Of a stretch of 64,000 bases of DNA, positions 58,078 to 64,000 are shown one piece after another. Under the pieces are notes generated by a model. It saw only the letters and a program-made list of their open reading frames with translations, ran no database searches and was not told the DNA's origin. Numbering within the stretch: the first letter of the stretch is position 1; every line of letters begins with the position of its first letter. Made by a program: the position numbers and the translations under genes. The DNA lies in the NCBI GenBank assembly GCA_963512655.1, contig CAUPNL010000002.1, positions 112,748-176,747 on the forward strand. Reading direction: 5' to 3'. The stretch is from an uncultured Limnohabitans sp. Its GTDB lineage: Bacteria; Pseudomonadota; Gammaproteobacteria; Burkholderiales; Burkholderiaceae_C.

Positions 58078-59993
58078 TTGCGGTATCTCCGGTCGAGCGC
58101 CGCCAACACGCCACCCAACACCATCAACAGCACGCCACCCCACAGCCACGGCACAAAGGGCTTGTAGTACACGCGCATGCTCCACTCAGTGCGTGCGTCG
58201 TCCAGTGGCTCGCCCAGAGACACATACAGGTCACGCATGAAGCCCGAATCAATGCCAGCTTCTGTCATGGCCATGGCCGACGAAAAATAGCGGCGCTTTT
58301 CGGGCTGCAAGATTTCAATGATCTTGTCGTCGCGCAGCACTTGCATATCGGCACGCACAGCCTTGTAGTTGGGGCCGCGCACTTCGTCGAGCGAGTTCAA
58401 GCGGAAGGTATAGGGTGCGATGGTGACCACGTCACCAATTTGCATGCGTACATCGCGCTCCACCTCGTAGCACTTGACGCCGGTGATGCCAATCACCAAC
58501 ACCGCCATACCGAAGTGGGCGATGTGCTGTCCCCAAAAGGATGCACCAATACGGCCAGGCTTGTTCAAACGCTCCAACACTTGCTGGGCCGTGCCCAAGG
58601 CCACCCAGCAGCCGAGGAACAAACCAAATGCAGCGCCGATAGACCAACCACCCAACACAAATGGCAACAGCACGGCCAAGACAAGCGCCCCCGCAAACGT
58701 CCAGCGCAATTTGTGCGCAATCTCGCGCACATTGGCATCGCGCCAACGCGCCACTGAACCAGGAATCATCAAAAACACAGTAGGCACGAGCAGCGGTGCA
58801 AACACGGCGTTGAAGTAAGGCGGGCCCACCGACAGCTTGCCCATGTTGAGCGCATCAATGATGAGTGGGTAAATCGTGCCCAGCAATACAGCCGCTGTGG
58901 CGACCACCAGCAACACACTGTTGGCCAACAAGAACGATTCACGCGACACCAGCTCCATGCGACCACCCAAGGCCACGCGTGGCGCACGCCAAGCGAACAG
59001 CGTGAGCGAAGCGCCCACCACCACCGCCAAGAAGACCAAAATAAACACACCGCGCTTAGGGTCAGACGCAAATGCATGAACTGAAGTCAACACGCCTGAG
59101 CGAACCAAAAACGTGCCCAGCAGCGACAACGAGAACGCTGCAATGGCCAGCAACACGGTCCAAGCCTTGAAGCTGCCACGCTTCTCTGTGACCATCAACG
59201 AGTGAATGAGTGCCGTGCCAACCAACCAAGGCATGAGGGATGCGTTTTCAACTGGGTCCCAAAACCACCAGCCGCCCCAGCCGAGTTCGTAATACGCCCA
59301 CCAAGAACCGAGGCCAATGCCAAAAGTGAGAAAAGTCCAAGCAACTACCGTCCAAGGACGCGACCAACGCGCCCACGCTGCGTCTAAGCGACCACTCATC
59401 AAGGCAGACACGGCAAACGCAAACGCCACCGCCATGCCCACATAGCCCATGTAGAGCATGGGCGGGTGAATCACCAAGCCTGGGTCTTGCAGCAGCGGAT
59501 TCAAATCTTTGCCATCCAAAGCGGCTGGCAACAAACGCTCAAACGGATTCGAGGTGGTCAAGATGAACAGAAGGAAGCCGACCGAAATCAAACCCAGCAC
59601 GCCAATCACACGCGCCACCATGTCGAGTGGCAAGCTGCGCGAGAACACTGCCACAGCCACCGTCCACAGCGACAGCAACAACACCCACAGCAAGAGTGAG
59701 CCTTCATGGCCACCCCACACTGCTGCGAATTGGTAAGGCTTGGGCAACAGCGAGTTGGAATGCTGCGACACGTACAGCACAGAGAAATCGTTGTTCAAAA
59801 ACGATGCAGCCAACGCACCAAACGCAAAGGCCACCAAAGCGAACTGCAAAGCCGCCGTTGGACGCGCCAGCGATTGCAAGGTGACTTGTGTTTGTGGCTC
59901 GCGCACCAAGGTGCCTGCAATGGGCAACACGCCCTGCATCACGGCCACCACAGCCGCGAGCATGAGCGCAAAATTACCGAGTTCTGGAATCAT
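58074..59993 (-). CDS. ccmF: Cytochrome c heme lyase subunit CcmF
   Basis: [45 protein letters not shown]. Confidence 0.97.
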   Translation of the reverse strand: MIPELGNFALMLAAVVAVMQGVLPIAGTLVREPQTQVTLQSLARPTAALQFALVAFAFGALAASFLNNDFSVLYVSQHSNSLLPKPYQFAAVWGGHEGSLLLWVLLLSLWTVAVAVFSRSLPLDMVARVIGVLGLISVGFLLFILTTSNPFERLLPAALDGKDLNPLLQDPGLVIHPPMLYMGYVGMAVAFAFAVSALMSGRLDAAWARWSRPWTVVAWTFLTFGIGLGSWWAYYELGWGGWWFWDPVENASLMPWLVGTALIHSLMVTEKRGSFKAWTVLLAIAAFSLSLLGTFLVRSGVLTSVHAFASDPKRGVFILVFLAVVVGASLTLFAWRAPRVALGGRMELVSRESFLLANSVLLVVATAAVLLGTIYPLIIDALNMGKLSVGPPYFNAVFAPLLVPTVFLMIPGSVARWRDANVREIAHKLRWTFAGALVLAVLLPFVLGGWSIGAAFGLFLGCWVALGTAQQVLERLNKPGRIGASFWGQHIAHFGMAVLVIGITGVKCYEVERDVRMQIGDVVTIAPYTFRLNSLDEVRGPNYKAVRADMQVLRDDKIIEILQPEKRRYFSSAMAMTEAGIDSGFMRDLYVSLGEPLDDARTEWSMRVYYKPFVPWLWGGVLLMVLGGVLAALDRRYRK

Positions 59994-60460
59994 GGATTGC
60001 CTTTAACGGGGACCGGTGACTGCACGGACTTGGCTGCTTTGGCGGCAGCCGCTTGGTCCATCGCATGTTGGGCTTCGGGGGGCATGTAGTTTTCATCGTG
60101 CTTGGCCAGCACTTCAGTGGCCACGAATAGGCCGTCGTCACCGAGCTTGCCCTGGGACACCACGCCTTTGCCCTCTTTGAACAAATCGGGCAGCAGCCCA
60201 ACATAGGTCACGGGCATTTCATGCACAGTGTCGGTGATGACAAAACGCACGGTGTTGCCATCGCGTACCAAGCTCCCTTCTTTCACCATGCCGCCCGCAC
60301 GGAAGGTGCGGCCTTTGGGCGCTTCGCCTTTGCTCACTTGCGTGGGCGTGAAGAAGAACACCAAATTGCTTTGGAAGGCATTCAGCACAAAAGCTGCTGC
60401 TGCGCACAACACCACAATGCCAGCAGCAATCAGTGCAAATCGTTTGGTTCTGGGTTTCAT
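59990..60460 (-). CDS. ccmE: Heme chaperone CcmE
   Basis: [33 protein letters not shown] (HxxxY). Confidence 0.96.
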   Translation of the reverse strand: MKPRTKRFALIAAGIVVLCAAAAFVLNAFQSNLVFFFTPTQVSKGEAPKGRTFRAGGMVKEGSLVRDGNTVRFVITDTVHEMPVTYVGLLPDLFKEGKGVVSQGKLGDDGLFVATEVLAKHDENYMPPEAQHAMDQAAAAKAAKSVQSPVPVKGNP

Positions 60461-60666
60461 CACATCAATTCCTCAACAGGTGACTCTTTGGCGAGCAATT
60501 GAGCCACAGCCTGCTCGGCTTTCAATTGATTCAACACAACACGGTGCGCCCAGCGGGCTTGCCACACTTCCACGGCCAACAGCAAAGCGGTCACACTCAC
60601 GCTGCCCCACACATACACGGCATAGCCGCCCATGGCCCAAAACTGGCTCCAGCTCTCCCACTTCAT
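60460..60666 (-). CDS. ccmD: Heme exporter protein CcmD
   Basis: [14 protein letters not shown] motif; position between ccmC and ccmE. Confidence 0.9.
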   Translation of the reverse strand: MKWESWSQFWAMGGYAVYVWGSVSVTALLLAVEVWQARWAHRVVLNQLKAEQAVAQLLAKESPVEELM

Positions 60667-60676
60667 GATTTCCACC

Positions 60677-61420
60677 TCATGGCTTCACCTCGTCGAGTTC
60701 GTGCACCCAAGTGGCATGGCTCTCACGCTGCAAGATGAGCGTGCGCACGCGGTACAGCACCAGCGCCACGGTGTAAAACCAAAACGCCAAGGCCATCAGC
60801 AACATGCTCCACAACATGATCTCGGCCATGCTGGGTGCTTTGGTGAGCGACACCGAGGCACCTTGGTGCAAGGTGTTCCACCACTTCACTGAGAAATAAA
60901 TGATGGGCACATTGATAGCTCCCACGATGGCAATGAGTGCACCGGCACGGTCGCTGCGGCGCGTGTCGTCAATCGCCGAGGTCAAAGCGATGTAGCCGAG
61001 GTACAAGAAAAACAAAATCAGCTCAGACGTGAGCCGCGCATCCCACACCCACCAAGCACCCCACATGGGCTTGCCCCAGAGTGCACCCGTCCACAAAGAC
61101 AGAAACGCAAACAGGGCACCCGTAGGCGCCAAAGCGCGGGTCATCATGCCCGACAGACGTGTGTTGAAGGTCAGGCCCAACACGCTCCAAAACGCCATGG
61201 CCAAGTAAATGACCATCGACATCCAGCTCGCAGGCACGTGCACGAAGATGATGCGATAGCCCTCACCTTGCTGAAAATCTGTGGGGGCCACAGCAAAGCC
61301 AAGCCACATGCCTGCCAGCATTAGCAATGTGGCCAACACGGCAAACCAAGGCCACGCTTTGCCCGCCAACCCATAAAAGGTGTGCGGTGCGGCGTAATGG
61401 AACCAATTGATATTTTTCAT
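60677..61420 (-). CDS. ccmC: Heme exporter protein CcmC
   Basis: RIIFVHVP, WGKPMWGAWWVWDARLTSEL, WWNTLHQ. Confidence 0.96.
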   Translation of the reverse strand: MKNINWFHYAAPHTFYGLAGKAWPWFAVLATLLMLAGMWLGFAVAPTDFQQGEGYRIIFVHVPASWMSMVIYLAMAFWSVLGLTFNTRLSGMMTRALAPTGALFAFLSLWTGALWGKPMWGAWWVWDARLTSELILFFLYLGYIALTSAIDDTRRSDRAGALIAIVGAINVPIIYFSVKWWNTLHQGASVSLTKAPSMAEIMLWSMLLMALAFWFYTVALVLYRVRTLILQRESHATWVHELDEVKP

Positions 61421-62088
61421 TCCAACGCAATCCGTAAAGCCGCTGCACATGCAAACGGGCTGAAAAAGGCAGCAGGCAACAGCATGGCCATCAAAATTGA
61501 AAAATGCGCCTGCGCTCCCAAACCACTGGCTTGCGCCTCAACTGCGCCAGCACCAAACACCAACACAGGAATGAACAAAGGCAACACCAACAGCGAGAGC
61601 AACACCCCGCCGCCACGCACACCCAAAGTCAACGCAGCACCAATGCCGCCCACCAAAGACAAAACGGGAGTGCCCAACAACAGGGCCAAAGTGAGGGTCA
61701 TCAGGGCATCGGCCGAGAGGTCAAATTGCAGCCCTAAAACTGGAGCCAATAATACCAGCGGCACCCCTGAGACCAGCCAATGCGCCAAGAGTTTGGCACT
61801 GATCAGTAAGGACATTGGCGTAGGCGACAAAGCCATTTGTTCCAGCGTGCCGTCGCGGTAATCCGCCTCAAACAAACGCTGCAAGGCCAGCATGCTCGAC
61901 AGCAACGCGCCCACCCACAGCACGCCGGGGGCCACCAAGCGCAAGGTATTCAACTCAGGGCCAATGCCCAACGGAAACAAGGCGGCCACCACCACAAAGA
62001 AAAACACCGCCGTCAGCACCTCGCTCTTGCGGCGCATGGCCAAGAGCAAGTCGCGCCGCAGCACCGCCATGAACGCGCCGCAACTCAT
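61417..62088 (-). CDS. ccmB: Heme exporter protein CcmB
   Basis: FPLGIGP, LFEADYRDGTLEQM, LVLPLFIPVLVFG; ATG 62088 overlaps ccmA stop. Confidence 0.95.
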   Translation of the reverse strand: MSCGAFMAVLRRDLLLAMRRKSEVLTAVFFFVVVAALFPLGIGPELNTLRLVAPGVLWVGALLSSMLALQRLFEADYRDGTLEQMALSPTPMSLLISAKLLAHWLVSGVPLVLLAPVLGLQFDLSADALMTLTLALLLGTPVLSLVGGIGAALTLGVRGGGVLLSLLVLPLFIPVLVFGAGAVEAQASGLGAQAHFSILMAMLLPAAFFSPFACAAALRIALE

Positions 62089-62723
62089 GCCACGCCTTTC
62101 AATCGGTAGGTTTGCACCGCCACGGATGTGCCACTCGCACTGGTCAGCGTCACAGGTTGATGGCTGGTGAACAACACCATGCCGCCGTTGGCCACATGCT
62201 CGGCCAACAAGCCACGCAAGCCATCGACGGCTTTCGCGTCCAAGGCCACAAAAGGTTCGTCTAGTACCCACAGCGAGGCTTGGCTGGCCAGCAAACGCGC
62301 CAAGGCTGTGCGGCGCTTTTGGCCCTGCGACATCACGCGCAGCGGCAAATGCTCGCGCCCGCGCAAACCCATGCGGGCCAAAGCCACTAAGGCTTGTGGT
62401 TCGCTCAAAGTGCGACCCGACACTGCGGCATCAGACATGAGGTTTTCTAAAGCAGTCAGCTCTTCTTTGAGCGACAAGCCGTGGCCCAAATAAAACAAAG
62501 ACGAACGAAACGCGGCGGCGTTGTGCTGAATGGTTTTGTCGTGCCAGCACACCTCACCCGCATCGGCAGGTGACAAGCCGCAGATGATGCGCAGCAAACT
62601 GGTTTTACCCACGCCGTTGTCGCCTTCGAGGTGCAAGGCTTGGCCCGCTTGCAATTCAAAGCTGACGTCCGCAAACAGGGGCTTGTTGCCACGGCTGCAA
62701 GAGAGGTTGGAGACGCGGAGCAT
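62085..62723 (-). CDS. ccmA: Heme exporter ATP-binding protein CcmA
   Basis: GDNGVGKTSLLR, YLGH, LTALENL, MSQGQKRR, WVLDEPF. Confidence 0.95.
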   Translation of the reverse strand: MLRVSNLSCSRGNKPLFADVSFELQAGQALHLEGDNGVGKTSLLRIICGLSPADAGEVCWHDKTIQHNAAAFRSSLFYLGHGLSLKEELTALENLMSDAAVSGRTLSEPQALVALARMGLRGREHLPLRVMSQGQKRRTALARLLASQASLWVLDEPFVALDAKAVDGLRGLLAEHVANGGMVLFTSHQPVTLTSASGTSVAVQTYRLKGVA

Positions 62724-62726
62724 GGT

Positions 62727-63650
62727 TTAAATGAACGTCCCAGCGCAGGTCAGCACTTGGCCGCCCGTGCTCATCTTGAAGCGCGCAATACCTGCACTGC
62801 GGGTGGTGTTGACACCGCCGAGGTCAAGCTTGCGCACACCGCGCTCGCGCAGCTCCTCGATGCCTTTCCACAAAATCAAATTGTGGGCATGCAAGTCGCG
62901 GCCCGCATCGCTGGTCCAACCCACTTGGTAGGTGGCGGCTTCGCCATGAATCAAAAACATCATGCCTGCCACACGGTCGCGGCCCACGTCGGCACGCATC
63001 GTCAGAATGGTTTTAGATGGCTGCTGACGCGAGGGCACGTACAAGTCGAAGAAGTGCAAGGGCAAGCCATGCAAGCCGCGTTGCTCACGTTGCTGCATTT
63101 CGGCATCCAAAAGCCAACGGTATTGGCCCGCATTCGTGCCCACGCGGTGAACGGTGAGCTCAGAGTTTTCAGCGCCTCCCAAGCGGTGACGCCAGCGCTT
63201 ATCCAACTGCGCACGCAACTCGTCCATCGACAAGGTGAGGTCAAGCATCACCGTGCTGTGCCCTGTCATCACACGACGCCAGCGCGAGAGGCCCAACTCG
63301 GGGCCTTGTGCTTCGAGCGGCGTGAACGCGACCACCCGCAGGTTTTTCAAAGGAATGGTTTGCTTGAGCGCTTTGTAAACACGCGCTTTGTCTACGCCCG
63401 ACATGGGCTGCAGCCACACTGGCCCCAGCGAACACAGCGCCATATTCGCCAAGCCACCCACCATGCGGCGCACGATGAATTGGGCCAAGGCCAGGGGTGT
63501 GCCGTCTTGTTCGACCAACGCACGCAGCACACCCACGCCCAGCGTTTTCATGCATGCGCCATAGGCCCAGTCTTGCTGCAAGGGTGCAGCGGCCGCCGCG
63601 TGATGTGCATCCCACTCAAGGTGAGTCAGCGTGTCCCAGTTGACTTTCAT
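62727..63650 (-). CDS. FemAB-like / GNAT-fold acyltransferase of unknown function
   Basis: LQQDWAYG, GPVW, TVMLDL..DELRAQL...WRHRL, ATYQVGW, HNLILW.GI..L...G...DLGG, ARFK..TGG pattern of FemAB-type two-domain GNATs. Confidence 0.75.
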   Translation of the reverse strand: MKVNWDTLTHLEWDAHHAAAAAPLQQDWAYGACMKTLGVGVLRALVEQDGTPLALAQFIVRRMVGGLANMALCSLGPVWLQPMSGVDKARVYKALKQTIPLKNLRVVAFTPLEAQGPELGLSRWRRVMTGHSTVMLDLTLSMDELRAQLDKRWRHRLGGAENSELTVHRVGTNAGQYRWLLDAEMQQREQRGLHGLPLHFFDLYVPSRQQPSKTILTMRADVGRDRVAGMMFLIHGEAATYQVGWTSDAGRDLHAHNLILWKGIEELRERGVRKLDLGGVNTTRSAGIARFKMSTGGQVLTCAGTFI

Positions 63651-63670
63651 GCGCCTAGAATCCTCACACC

Positions 63671-63868
63671 ATGTTGAACAAACTTCGCCTTCGCCGACAA
63701 GCCGAGACCGTGATGGGTCATCGCTTGGAAGAACCCCGCCTCACGCTGGTGTTTGTGCTGTGGGTGTTTGTGTACGTGGGTTTGCCCCTGCTGGTCGTCA
63801 GCAGCGTGATTGATTTGCTGATTCAGCAAATCACGGGCAGTTGCACCGGTTTTTGGTGCTGGTTTTAA
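63671..63868 (+). CDS. Small 65-aa membrane protein
   Basis: Basic N-terminus, long hydrophobic segment, C-terminal CTGFWCWF; TAGAAT 9 nt upstream of ATG. Confidence 0.6.
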   Translation: MLNKLRLRRQAETVMGHRLEEPRLTLVFVLWVFVYVGLPLLVVSSVIDLLIQQITGSCTGFWCWF

Positions 63869-63896
63869 GGACTGAGCCATCGTTGTTTGCACGGCC

Positions 63897-63998
63897 TTAA
63901 CGGGGCACGCTGCAAGGCCCTGTGATGTTGACACGCACTTTTTTGCCCATGTAAGTGGTGTCGGTGTAAGCGGTGACGATCACGGTGGCTTGCTCGAT
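63897..63998 (-). CDS. 3' end of an unidentified ORF running off the window
   Basis: IEQATVIVTAYTDTTYMGKKVRVNITGPCSVPR*; codon usage looks coding. Confidence 0.45.
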   Translation of the reverse strand: MEQATVIVTAYTDTTYMGKKVRVNITGPCSVPR

Positions 63999-64000
63999 GC

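Overview
Bacterial chromosomal segment, densely coded, with many overlapping or abutting genes. Protein sequences and gene order point to a betaproteobacterium of the Comamonadaceae type; the genus is not determined. Most of it is core genome: galU (3' end), tusA-cysM, phasin, tRNA-Leu(CAA), an OYE flavin oxidoreductase, three Bug/TctC solute-binding proteins, livHMGF, rarA-UDG-lolA-ftsK/trxB, rpmB-rpmG, a desaturase, rsmB-like, purN, HNH, ribF-ileS-lspA, qor, DMT transporters, a CPA2 antiporter, ggt, tctAB, recJ, lolCD, a NhaR-like LysR, Rrf2, tatD-PHP-yciO-M50 protease-trpS, a response regulator and a complete System I ccmABCDEFGHI operon. I saw no integrase, transposase or CRISPR array. The most unusual items are: (1) a minimal signal-peptide/TM-anchored bacterial EndoU RNase gene tightly coupled to a probable immunity gene at the end of a DUF3422-ggt operon; (2) a 420-aa protein with 18 tandem 12-13-aa x-N-x-Q repeats just after the tRNA; (3) an orphan FlaG-like gene behind a sigma-28-like promoter, flanked by two short ORFs missed by the ORF track; (4) a cysteine-free IscR-like Rrf2 gene divergent from a NhaR-like regulator; (5) a FemAB-like GNAT gene heading the ccm operon; (6) a ~106-bp hairpin behind the HNH gene; (7) repeated leaderless or bidirectional promoter signatures. 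Family calls come from motif recognition by eye, not database searches.
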